Counted from the stretch's first letter, positions 38,629 to 47,641 are shown. The stretch: DNA of 51,737 bases from an uncultured Verrucomicrobiota bacterium (GCA_964432995.1 CAYSPU010000004.1:1-51737), one strand, 5' to 3'. The notes: generated from the letters alone by a model not told the origin. Translations and numbers: made by a program.

Positions 38629-39678
38629 TTGAGGATCCGGCACGTGGGCACGAACTTCCTGAACCTGTGGATCCTGGCGCGGGTGACGCAAGCCGGCGTG
38701 GCGACGCTGCTCTGCGTGGCGGGCGCCGTCTTGGGGCTGCGGATCGTCAGCCGATGGCGGCCCCGGTTGTCCAGCGAACAGCAGTTGGTCCTCGAGCGGC
38801 GGGCGGAGCTCGTGGCCTCGGTGATGCAGGTGGCGTTGCTGCTGGAGGTGTTGGGGCTCGGCCTGGCGGCGTTGGTCGCGGACCGCCTGGTCGGCGGCAT
38901 TCGCGGGGCGATGTGCGCCTTCGGGGTGTTGTCCTCCGTGCCGACCGGTTTCCACGGTCTCCTGGCCAGCATCCTGGCCGCGGGGGCGTGCGCGCTCTGG
39001 GTGATTCTCCACCGATTCGACTTGAGGCTGGAGACGCCCGTGTTGACGCGCCGCAAGTTCGTCTGCCTGATCCCGGTGGGAGCGCTGGCCATGGGCGATC
39101 TGGCGTTGGTCCTCGCCTTTGCCTGCCAGCTCGATTTCGAAGTGATCGCGTCGTGTTGTTCGGTGTGGGTGGATGCTGCGGTAGTCCAGGCGCGGGCCGC
39201 CAAGCTGCTGCTGCCGCCCGTATGGGCGGGGGGCCTGGGGGTTGCCGCCGCAGCGATCGCCGCGTTGGCATCGACGGCGGCCGCGCGATGGCCGGGCCGG
39301 GCAACGGCCTGGGCCGCTGGCAGCGCGTCGGCGTTGGCCCCGATCGCGATGCTGCCGGCCGTGCTGGGAGTCGTTGCCCCGCACGCGCTGGGGGCGCCGA
39401 CCCATCTGTGCCCGTTCTGCCTGCTCCACGTTCAGGGAGGCGGCATTGGCTGGCCACTCTTCTCCGCGATGTTCCTGGGATGTGTATTCGGAATGGGGCT
39501 GGGCGTGGTCGAAGCAAACCGTGCCGCCGCCAACGACACCGCGGCCGTCCGGGCCATGCAGAGGACCCTCGGCCGTTGGTCGGCGTTTTCCTGGCTGTGC
39601 GCCCTGGCGTGCGGCGCGTTTCCCGTCGTGCGTTATTTGCTGGAATCGGGTGGAGTGTCGGTTTACGGAAATCTCTGA
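38629..39678 (+). CDS. Cys-rich polytopic membrane protein of unknown function (8-9 predicted TM segments, CPFC motif)
   Basis: Hydrophobic throughout, with about a dozen Cys, including GAMCAFGV, IASCCSVW and THLCPFCLLH. The start is uncertain (TTG 38629 or GTG 38644). Confidence 0.65.
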   Translation: MRIRHVGTNFLNLWILARVTQAGVATLLCVAGAVLGLRIVSRWRPRLSSEQQLVLERRAELVASVMQVALLLEVLGLGLAALVADRLVGGIRGAMCAFGVLSSVPTGFHGLLASILAAGACALWVILHRFDLRLETPVLTRRKFVCLIPVGALAMGDLALVLAFACQLDFEVIASCCSVWVDAAVVQARAAKLLLPPVWAGGLGVAAAAIAALASTAAARWPGRATAWAAGSASALAPIAMLPAVLGVVAPHALGAPTHLCPFCLLHVQGGGIGWPLFSAMFLGCVFGMGLGVVEANRAAANDTAAVRAMQRTLGRWSAFSWLCALACGAFPVVRYLLESGGVSVYGNL

Positions 39679-39783
39679 ACCTCAGAAGATGCACTTCAAC
39701 CACGGAGGGACACCGATGAACACGGATAGCAAAAGGCTGCGCAAGAGCGGGCGAACACCCGGCGCCAGAATCCGGGCGGCAGC

Positions 39784-40245
39784 ATGAACTCGATGAGAAT
39801 CCTCTGCACACTCCTCCTCGCGTTCGTGGTGCTGACGGCGGCAGGCTGCCGTCCTGAGGGCGAGCGCTGCCGCAAGTGCGGCATGTTGGTGGACCAATAC
39901 CCCCGCTGGATCGCGGGCCTGACGAATGCCGAAGGGAAGGAGGAACGGTTCTGCTGCGAACGCTGCCTGTTCGCGCATTGGCGCAGCCCGCTGGGGGCCG
40001 GGTGCCGCGACGCGTGGGTGACGGAATACTATCAGCAGAAGCGGCTGCCGGTGGCCGACGTCCTCTTCGTGATGGGCTCCGATGTCACCGGGCCCATGGG
40101 AAAGGCGCTGGTTCCCGTCTCCGGACGCGACGCCGCCGAGCAGTTCCTGAAGGAGCACCACGGGGCGCGCATCCTCACGGCGGATGAGATCACGAGCGAG
40201 TTGCTGCGCGTAGTGGCCGGCAAACCGGCCGGAGCCCAGCGCTGA
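39784..40245 (+). CDS. NosL-family lipoprotein (copper-chaperone-like)
   Basis: Lipobox LTAAGC. CRKCGMLVDQYPRW...FCCERCLF matches the NosL-type Cys/Met metal site and fold pattern. 153 aa. Confidence 0.75.
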   Translation: MNSMRILCTLLLAFVVLTAAGCRPEGERCRKCGMLVDQYPRWIAGLTNAEGKEERFCCERCLFAHWRSPLGAGCRDAWVTEYYQQKRLPVADVLFVMGSDVTGPMGKALVPVSGRDAAEQFLKEHHGARILTADEITSELLRVVAGKPAGAQR

Positions 40246-40298
40246 CCGCGGGCGGGCTTTCGATCACCCAACCACACCCGCACGCCAGCCAGCCTTTC

Positions 40299-40337
40299 CG
40301 GACCGCGGGTCTTCTTGACCCGCAGCAAAACGCACAC
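40299..40337 (-). repeat. REP-D hairpin repeat
   Basis: Reverse complement of the 47554-47594 copy. Lies 54 nt downstream of the NosL-family gene stop. Confidence 0.85.
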
Positions 40338-40433
40338 GCCCTTGACTGCGACTCGAGAGCGCGTCCCCGTGCCGACTGGGGAAAAGGGCCTTGCCCGTTG
40401 CGAGTTTCCCCATCCATAGTCTGCGCCGCACCT

Positions 40434-42422
40434 ATGACTCACACCTGCCACGCCTCCCTTCGTCGCCGGCTCTCCCTGTGGTTCCTCGCGTCCACCGCCG
40501 CCGGCTGGAGCTTGCATGCGGTCGAAACCAACTGGTTGCACACCCTGGATCTGTCGGCGATGCGGCAGGGCTGGGGCCGGCCCCAGGTGAACCGCTCGAT
40601 CCGCGAGCTGCCGCTGAGCATCGGCGGTCAGAAGTTCGCGCTCGGCGTCGGCACGCACGCCACCAGCACGCTCTGGATCGATCTCGCCGGCGGAACGGAA
40701 CGTTTTCAGGCCATGGTGGGGGTGGACGACGCCGCCAACGGCCCCGCCACCGTCTCGTTCCGTGTGGTGGCCGATGGGCAGAAGGTGTTCGACTCGGGTC
40801 TCATGAAGCCCGGTGACGCCGCCAAGGTGGTGGATGTGGATCTGCGCGGCCGCCGCACCTTGCTGCTGCAGGTCAAGGACGGGGGCGACGGCATCAGCTA
40901 CGACCATGGGAATTGGGCGGAGGCCAGGTTTCTTGTCAGCGGCGCGGCGCCCAAGGCAGTCCCGGCGCCGCGCGAAGAGGCGGTGATTCTCACCCCGAAG
41001 CCCGGTCCCCAGCCGCGCATCAACGGTCCTACAATCTACGGTTGTCGTCCGGGCAGACCGTTTGTGTATCGGATTCCGACGACGGGGGAGCGGCCGATGC
41101 GGTTTGAGGCGTCCGGTTTGCCGGCCGGCCTGGTGCTCGACGCCGAAAAGGGGATCCTGACGGGGAGCGTCGCGCGGCGCGGCACCTACCGCGTTCAGCT
41201 CAAGGCCGGCAATCGGCAGGGGACGGCGCGCCGGTTGTTCCGGGTGGTTTGTGGCGACACGCTGGCGCTGACGCCGCCGATGGGCTGGAACCACTGGTAT
41301 GCGCACTACAACCGGATTACCGACCGCATGATGCGCGAGGCGGCGGACATCATGGTGCACAGCGGCATGGCGGACGTCGGCTACCAGTACGTCAGCATCG
41401 ATGATTGCTGGATGAACGCGCCGCAATACGACGACCCGCTCCGCGTCGGACCCCTGCGCGACGCCGGGGGCGACGTCGTGCCCAACCGCCATTTCCCCGA
41501 TATGAAGGCGCTGACCGACTTCATTCACGCCTACGGTCTGAAGGCGGGGATTTACACGTCGCCGGGGCCGTTCACGTGCGCGGGATTCGCGGGCGCCTAT
41601 CAACACGAGGCTCAAGACGCACGCCAGTTTGCCGCCTGGGGCTTCGACCTGCTCAAATACGATTGGTGTTCCTACGGCGACATCGTCAAGGGCGACACCC
41701 GCCTGGAGACGCTCCAGAAACCCTATCGCGTCATGGCCGACCTTCTGAAGCAGCAGGATCGCGACATCGTGTTGAACCTCTGCCAATACGGCATGGGCGA
41801 CGTCTGGGAGTGGGGTGCGGCAGTTGGCGGCCACTCATGGCGCACGGCTGGCGACCTCGGGTTCGAGCTCGACCGGATCTTCGAGGTTGCCCTCGAGAAC
41901 GCCAAACACCGGGAATGGTCACGCCCGGGCAGTTGGAACGATCCGGACTATCTGCAGATCGGCTACGTGGGGGCCGCGTCGGGCATGGGCGAACCGCGGC
42001 CCTGCCCGCTCACCCCGAGCGAGCAATACGCCTTCATGTCGCTCTGGTGCCTCATGGCCTCGCCGTTGTTCTACAGCGGCGACATGAGCCGGCTCGACGA
42101 CTTCACCCTGAACGTCCTCTGCAACCCGGAAGTCATCGAGGTCAACCAGGATGCCCTTGGCCAGTCCGCCCGGGTGGTTCCCTTGACCGACGAGACCTTC
42201 CTGATGGTGAAAGACCTCGAGGACGGCAGCAAGGCGGTCGGCCTCTTCAACCGGAATGAGAGCGCGACCCGCGTCACGGCGCGCTGGGACACGGTGGGGG
42301 TGCGCGGCAGGGTGCGCGTCCGGGATTTGTGGCGACAGCAGGACCTGGGTCGGTTCCGCGACGAATTCTCCGCGCTGGTGCCCCGGCATGGCGGGGTCCT
42401 GATCCGCGTGCGCGGCCGGTGA
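40434..42422 (+). CDS. NPCBM-domain + GH27 alpha-galactosidase-like glycoside hydrolase
   Basis: ATG 40434. NPCBM-like N-terminus (LSIGGQKFALGVGTHATS, DGISYDHGNWAEARF). GH27 core (PPMGWNHWY, YQYVSIDDCW, LKYDWC, NDPDYL). Confidence 0.85.
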   Translation: MTHTCHASLRRRLSLWFLASTAAGWSLHAVETNWLHTLDLSAMRQGWGRPQVNRSIRELPLSIGGQKFALGVGTHATSTLWIDLAGGTERFQAMVGVDDAANGPATVSFRVVADGQKVFDSGLMKPGDAAKVVDVDLRGRRTLLLQVKDGGDGISYDHGNWAEARFLVSGAAPKAVPAPREEAVILTPKPGPQPRINGPTIYGCRPGRPFVYRIPTTGERPMRFEASGLPAGLVLDAEKGILTGSVARRGTYRVQLKAGNRQGTARRLFRVVCGDTLALTPPMGWNHWYAHYNRITDRMMREAADIMVHSGMADVGYQYVSIDDCWMNAPQYDDPLRVGPLRDAGGDVVPNRHFPDMKALTDFIHAYGLKAGIYTSPGPFTCAGFAGAYQHEAQDARQFAAWGFDLLKYDWCSYGDIVKGDTRLETLQKPYRVMADLLKQQDRDIVLNLCQYGMGDVWEWGAAVGGHSWRTAGDLGFELDRIFEVALENAKHREWSRPGSWNDPDYLQIGYVGAASGMGEPRPCPLTPSEQYAFMSLWCLMASPLFYSGDMSRLDDFTLNVLCNPEVIEVNQDALGQSARVVPLTDETFLMVKDLEDGSKAVGLFNRNESATRVTARWDTVGVRGRVRVRDLWRQQDLGRFRDEFSALVPRHGGVLIRVRGR

Positions 42423-42580
42423 ACCGCGGATCAGCGCCCGACAGGAGAGACCGCGGAGGGCGCCGATCGGCGCGGAGGGGAGCGTTCCCGGTGCAGAAGA
42501 CCCTCGTTCGCGGTCGCAGACGAGGATTGAATTCGCGGCAATTCGTGAAACTCGGGTCGCCGTGCCGCTTTACAAAGCCT

Positions 42581-42609
42581 TTGACGCCGACGCGCAAGTC
42601 GAAGATAAC
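42581..42609 (+). promoter_or_regulatory. possible sigma70-type promoter for the bactofilin gene
   Basis: TTGACG (42581-42586), a 17-nt spacer, then GATAAC (42604-42609), 24 nt upstream of ATG 42633. This is a motif match only. Confidence 0.25.
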
Positions 42610-42632
42610 CGTCCCGGTTCCTACGAACGCAT

Positions 42633-43043
42633 ATGCCCACCGCCTCGCAGAACATCCTCAACGCGGACGTCGAGATCCGCGGCAACCTCAAATGCTCGGG
42701 TGACGTCTTCTTCGATGGGCGCCTGGATGGCGACCTGACCACCGACGGCGCGCTGGAGTTGGGGGAGAACGCCACCGTCCGCGGCAACCTCACCGCGTTG
42801 ACGGTGGTCGCTCGCGGCAAGATTACGGGGAACATCTCCGCCCGCGAGCGACTCGAGGTCAAGGCCCGCACCGAAGTCACTGGCGACCTGCGCGGCGCCA
42901 AACTGGTGGTCGACGACGGCGTCGTCTTCCAAGGCAAAGCGGATATCGCACCCACCAAGGCCCCGGCTCCGGGGGCGGCGTCCATGCCCAAACCGCCGGA
43001 TGCTTACAAGGCCATGGAAAGCGGCAAGCCGGCCATCCGCTAG
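42633..43043 (+). CDS. bactofilin (polymer-forming cytoskeletal protein, DUF583)
   Basis: Repetitive beta-helix pattern IRGNLKCSGDVFFDGRLDGDL..VRGNLTA..ITGNISA..VTGDLRGAKLVVDDGVVFQGK, with a Pro/Ala-rich tail. Confidence 0.85.
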   Translation: MPTASQNILNADVEIRGNLKCSGDVFFDGRLDGDLTTDGALELGENATVRGNLTALTVVARGKITGNISARERLEVKARTEVTGDLRGAKLVVDDGVVFQGKADIAPTKAPAPGAASMPKPPDAYKAMESGKPAIR

Positions 43044-43147
43044 CCTGACGCCGGACCGGCCACGGCACCCGCCGTCAACCTCAGCCATCGCCCCGTGTCA
43101 CCCCTCGCGCCCCCTCCAGTCCGCGCGCGACGCGACCGCGGCACCCG

Positions 43148-43290
43148 CCATGAATCGTAGCGCCGACATTCCCGTCGGCGTCATGCCGGCTGGAAAGCCC
43201 GCGCTACGCAGCTCATGGCTCCAATGCGCGTCCAACCGTTGGATGCCAGAGCTCCCCTTGAACCTCGCAGCCGCCGACGTCAGTCGGCGC
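43148..43290 (+). repeat. third, partial and more diverged copy of the REP-B-containing half of the long repeat
   Basis: ccatgaatcgtagcgccgacattcccgtcggcgtcatgccggctggaaagcccgcgctacgcagctcatgg... matches 34317-34421 and continues like the sequence flanking the right copy. Confidence 0.8.
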
Positions 43291-43341
43291 ACTTCTCCCT
43301 TCCTGAAAACAAGAAACCACGACCTCGAACCCCGCCCCTCT

Positions 43342-44226
43342 ATGTTGCGTAACCTGAAGCTCGTCCTTGCCTCCGCTCTCGCCATCAACCTCCTGGCGCA
43401 CGCTCCCGTCCAGGCCCAAACCGATACACTGTCGGAAAACGAGAGCTGGAGTTCCTTCCTCCCTCTCCTGGGTGATGCCGCCCGCGAGCGCGGTTACGAA
43501 TTGCCCCTCCCCTTCGGACTCGGTTTCCACGTCATGCATATCTGGCAGGACTACGAGATCAAGAGCCTCGACCTCGTCATTCAGGGACCGATGGAAATCC
43601 CCCTGGAAGGACTGCAGGTGTCGTCGGCGGAGGGCACGGCCTACTCGATGGACGGACGCCTGGATTGCTGGATCCTGCCCTGGCTGAATGTTTACGGCGT
43701 CCTCGGCTACACCAGCGGCCAATCCAAGTCCCAGGCCACCGTCCCGGCATCGACGCTCGCCGCGCTCGGTCTCCCCCTCGGCTACGACCTCAGCTTTCCC
43801 TTCCCCCTCGAGTATGACGGCGCGACCTACGGTGGCGGCGCCACGTTGGCCTACGGCTACAAACACCTCTTCGGCAGCATCGACTACAACTACACCGAAA
43901 CCGACCTGGACATCGCGGATTCCGCCATCCACGCCCATGTGCTGACGCCGCGCGTCGGGTGGTTTGGGGAACTGGGCTCCGCGTACGTGGGCGCCATGTA
44001 TCAGGACGTCGCCCAGGAGTTCCGCGGATCGCTCAAGTTCAGCATTCCCGGCCCGTTTCCCCTTCCTCCGATTCCGGTGGACTACGCCGTCGACCAGAAA
44101 GCCGTTGACCCCTGGAACATCATCGTTGGGGCCAATCTGCGTCTAGGCCGGCATGTGGAGTTCATCATCGAAGGCGGCTTCCTCGGCCGCGAGCAGATCT
44201 TGACCTCGCTCACCTACCGCTTTTGA
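43342..44226 (+). CDS. outer-membrane beta-barrel protein (unknown family)
   Basis: ATG 43342 within ORF 43000..44226. Signal peptide MLRNLKLVLASALAINLLAHAPVQA, alternating beta-strand pattern, and C-terminal ...LTSLTYRF with a terminal Phe. Confidence 0.7.
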   Translation: MLRNLKLVLASALAINLLAHAPVQAQTDTLSENESWSSFLPLLGDAARERGYELPLPFGLGFHVMHIWQDYEIKSLDLVIQGPMEIPLEGLQVSSAEGTAYSMDGRLDCWILPWLNVYGVLGYTSGQSKSQATVPASTLAALGLPLGYDLSFPFPLEYDGATYGGGATLAYGYKHLFGSIDYNYTETDLDIADSAIHAHVLTPRVGWFGELGSAYVGAMYQDVAQEFRGSLKFSIPGPFPLPPIPVDYAVDQKAVDPWNIIVGANLRLGRHVEFIIEGGFLGREQILTSLTYRF

Positions 44227-44235
44227 GCGAAGCGG

Positions 44236-45465
44236 TTACTTGGCGGCGTGCATCCACAGACGGCGGCGGGCCTTGCGTTGCAGCGAACGCGCTATCGGGC
44301 CCATGCCAGGGATTCGACCCAAGCGCCCGATGGCGTCCACAACTCGCCGTCTCTTGGCGTTCCACGCGAATCCATCCTGCAGCGCAAGGACCATGTCCTG
44401 TCGGCCAAGGTTTTGGGCTGCTTGGAGGAGCTCGCTGGAGAAGCTGAGGGCACTCTTGGTGTTGAGTTGGAGCCGACGCAACCGGTCGACATGGTAGTCC
44501 GAGCAGTCGAAAGCAGCAGATGCTTGGAGGCATCCGAGCAAATCCAATGCCGCCATCGTTCGGAGGCATTTCTCGCACCGACTGCAATTGCGGCTTTGCT
44601 CATCGGTGAAACATACGTGAACGGAGTCGAACACCCCAGGGGAGTTGCTGAGTCTGCGAGTCTTCTCGAACCGGCTCAGTCCACCGCTGTGATGCAGAAC
44701 CTGCGTGGATGCGGAAGAGAACAGAGGATCAGAATCAGGGTGTGAACCCCACGGAAAGTCGTGGGGCGGAGAGTGGCTGGAGGGTATAAGCACGTGGCTG
44801 TATCGCGGACTCAATAGCTGGCCGATAGCCCCTAGGGCAAAACCGTGGAGCACTTCTCCCCAACGCAAGCGAGCCAACCGAAGGTGCTGGATGTTGGAGG
44901 CAAGGATCTGGATGGGTATGCCTATCGCCTCGGATGCGCGCCTGACAGCATCCACTTTAGACGAAGAGGCAGGATGCTCTGGCGAGAAGTCCACGTAGAC
45001 CAATTCATGCTTCTTGGCAAATGTGGCTGGATCGCAGACTTCGGACGGCAGCTCAGGATGTAGGGCGGTAAAGTACGAGTCGATACCTCCGGTGAAGAAG
45101 GAAAGAAACCGGCGGTGAGCCAGGGCCTTTGGAGGTCCCGTAGCCTCGGCATGAAGGGGAACGACCCGAAGAAGTCCCGGATTCCATCTTGTCCAGAGCG
45201 ATTGCAGTTCGTCGGCATGGGCGAACAGTGTGGCATCAACAGGCAACGAAATCCGAAGGGCCTCTCCTCGCGCCATGGCGAAGGGGAGCAGCGCAATCAG
45301 CCAAGGATCTCCGCGTCGGCTTAGATCCACCTCCAGCTCGCGGGGAGCCGCAAACCAAATCCTCCGCTTGAACCGATCCGGGCCATCGAGGACGAGGTCA
45401 GCTTGAATGCGGACATGGCTACTCCAGTGATCGTCGGCCAGGGTGACCGGGTTCTCGAGCGTCAT
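44236..45465 (-). CDS. enlarged QueC-like PP-loop ATPase-family protein (function unknown)
   Basis: FLSFFTGGIDSYFT (PP-loop-like SGGxDS variant) at about residues 120-133. VCFTDEQSRNCSRCEKCLRT (C-x9-C-x2-C-x2-C-x-R, QueC-like Zn-cluster spacing) at about residues 284-302. Extra N- and C-terminal regions. Lower GC than its neighbours. Confidence 0.6.
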   Translation of the reverse strand: MTLENPVTLADDHWSSHVRIQADLVLDGPDRFKRRIWFAAPRELEVDLSRRGDPWLIALLPFAMARGEALRISLPVDATLFAHADELQSLWTRWNPGLLRVVPLHAEATGPPKALAHRRFLSFFTGGIDSYFTALHPELPSEVCDPATFAKKHELVYVDFSPEHPASSSKVDAVRRASEAIGIPIQILASNIQHLRLARLRWGEVLHGFALGAIGQLLSPRYSHVLIPSSHSPPHDFPWGSHPDSDPLFSSASTQVLHHSGGLSRFEKTRRLSNSPGVFDSVHVCFTDEQSRNCSRCEKCLRTMAALDLLGCLQASAAFDCSDYHVDRLRRLQLNTKSALSFSSELLQAAQNLGRQDMVLALQDGFAWNAKRRRVVDAIGRLGRIPGMGPIARSLQRKARRRLWMHAAK

Positions 45466-45493
45466 CGCGGTAACGATTGCAGCTTGGCTGCGC

Positions 45494-45909
<416 letters not shown>

Positions 45910-45913
<4 letters not shown>

Positions 45914-46623
45914 GGCTTGGTTGCGGGATTGTCGAGGGCCTTCGCCCGGATGTTCCGGAACTCGACCTTCATCTTGAGCCCGGGATGCACCTGGAGCCCG
46001 ATCGGGGCCGCCGCGGCGTATTTCGGGTTGACGTATTCGACCACCTGCCGGCCATTCAGCCAGACGCTGAACGTGTCCCCCTTGGCCTGCAGGCGGATGG
46101 TGTTCCAGTCGCCCGGCCGCAGGAGCCCCTCGACCCCCTTGCCCCGGCCCGCCTCGGGATAGCGCTCCTCGCCCCCCGTATAGAAGCAGCAGGTCATGTC
46201 CTTCTTCAGACTCCGCGACACGCCGATCTGCAACTGCAGCTCCGGCTTGCGCACCATGATCCCGCTGTCAATCTCCCCGCTCCAACGCACCTCGGCCTCG
46301 ACCACCACGTCCCCGTACGCGCGCTCGGTGTAGAGCATGCCGCCTTTCAGCGCTTCGTCGTTCTCCCCCACCAACACGCCGTCCACCACCTTCCACAGCG
46401 GATTCGGATCCGGCACTTTCCAGCCGGCGAAATCCTTGCCGTTGAAAATGCGAGGCAACGCGTCAGCCGCCGACACCCGCACGACGGTCAGTGCGGCCAG
46501 AACGAGTGCAGCCAAGTGATAGTTCCGGGTGAACGTCCCCCAGTCACCGGCAGGGCGCGGCAGCCCAACCGCACCGCGCGGCGGGCGGGGACGGCTCCCC
46601 CGCGCGTTTGTACGAGGCAGCAT
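45910..46623 (-). CDS. secreted DUF1080 (3-keto-disaccharide hydrolase-like) protein
   Basis: [12 protein letters not shown]...[11 protein letters not shown]...[11 protein letters not shown]. The start is uncertain (ATG 46623, or TTG 46515 just before the hydrophobic [12 protein letters not shown] segment). Confidence 0.75.
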
Positions 46624-46741
46624 CCCGAAAGAGGTGGGCGGATTCGTCAAGGGCCGTCCTCCCGCAGAGCCCGTGTCCGTCCTGTCCACCAATCTCGCAA
46701 GGCAGGGCGCGACTCCGAGCAGAACTCGCGAGCCGGTCTCC

Positions 46742-46815
46742 GGGCGCGCCGACAACACGCACCTTGTTGACTGCTCCTCGCGGCGCCCTCGGAGAGGTCG
46801 CCCTACCGGATGCTC
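46742..46815 (-). repeat. REP-A core with an extended ~70-bp unit
   Basis: gactgctcctcgcggcgccctcggagaggtcgccct is shared exactly with 50224-50295, and the flanks are similar. Confidence 0.85.
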
Positions 46816-46996
46816 GATGGGGACCGTCCACGGTTTTCGAACTGTAGGTTGCGGCCCGGAACCCGAGCCCCGAGCTCCGCGCTCCGAGCTCCGGTTCGTG
46901 GAGAGAGGTGAACCAAGTTGTGTGTTCATGCTCATGCTCGCGCTATGGCCAAGCCGCTAACACAATACTCCGCCCGCGACCAGCCCGGATTGCGGA

Positions 46997-47039
46997 CCCG
47001 GATCCTCGCATAAGTGGCGCCGGGGGTTCGGTCGTCCCC
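46997..47039 (-). repeat. REP-H repeat
   Basis: cccggatcctcgcataagtggcgccgggggttcggtcgtcccc, the reverse complement of the 7871-7913 type. Confidence 0.7.
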
Positions 47040-47181
47040 CGTCGGAGCGCGGTTTTCGCCCCAGCAGCCGGGCGTTCTGTCGGCTCCGGGAAGATCCCGC
47101 CTCGGCGGCGGGATCCTATCCAAACGGTGGGGAAGGAGCCCGTGGAGCCTGGATGAGGTGCCCGGAATGCGGGACAAGGAG

Positions 47182-47222
47182 CATGAACGTGGAACACTGA
47201 ACGTTGAACATCGAACATCGAA
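47182..47222. repeat. single arm of the GAACRTCGAAC-type module
   Basis: catgaacgtggaacactgaacgttgaacatcgaacatcgaa. Confidence 0.6.
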
Positions 47223-47553
47223 GGGGAGCGTGTGCGACGTGCCTGCGGTGTCCCCCACCGCCCCCAACCGGGCCTGGAAGGTCATTTGGCGATTCGCAGC
47301 TCGCGGGCGATCGCGGGTCCGCCCGCGGTTCCGGACCGCCCGCCGTCCCGGCGGGCAGCAGCCTCGCCCGCTGGACGCGCATCCGAACCTCCGATCACCT
47401 CCCACCCGCTCGTCGCGGCTGCGACCCGTGACCTGCCTACGCCAAGGCTTCGGCACGGCAGACGTGTCGCGCTCCGTCGGACCGCGGCTCGTCCCCGGCC
47501 GGCCGTAGTCCGGCGACGGCGGGACAGAGGCGGCTGGAGCCGCAGCCATGGGT

Positions 47554-47594
47554 GTGTGCGTTTTGCTGCGGGTCAAGAAGACCCGCGGTCCGAA
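47554..47594 (+). repeat. REP-D hairpin repeat
   Basis: gtgtgcgttttgctgcgggtcaagaagacccgcggtccgaa. Lies 48 nt downstream of the minus-strand HEAT gene stop. Confidence 0.85.
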
Positions 47595-47641
47595 TGCTGC
47601 GGGGCGAGCGTGCAAAACCACGATGCGCTTCGCCTCCTGGC

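Noticed and set aside
37775-39429. ORFs 37775..38632 (+, 285 aa) and 37987..39429 (-, 480 aa) across the repeat block.
   Set aside because: They are translations of mosaic repeats (the same peptide strings recur at the other repeat loci), or antisense to the Cys-rich membrane protein gene.
40032-41834. 600-aa minus-strand ORF.
   Set aside because: Antisense shadow of the NPCBM/GH27 gene. Its 3' part runs through the REP-D repeat (GVCVLLRVKKTRGP).
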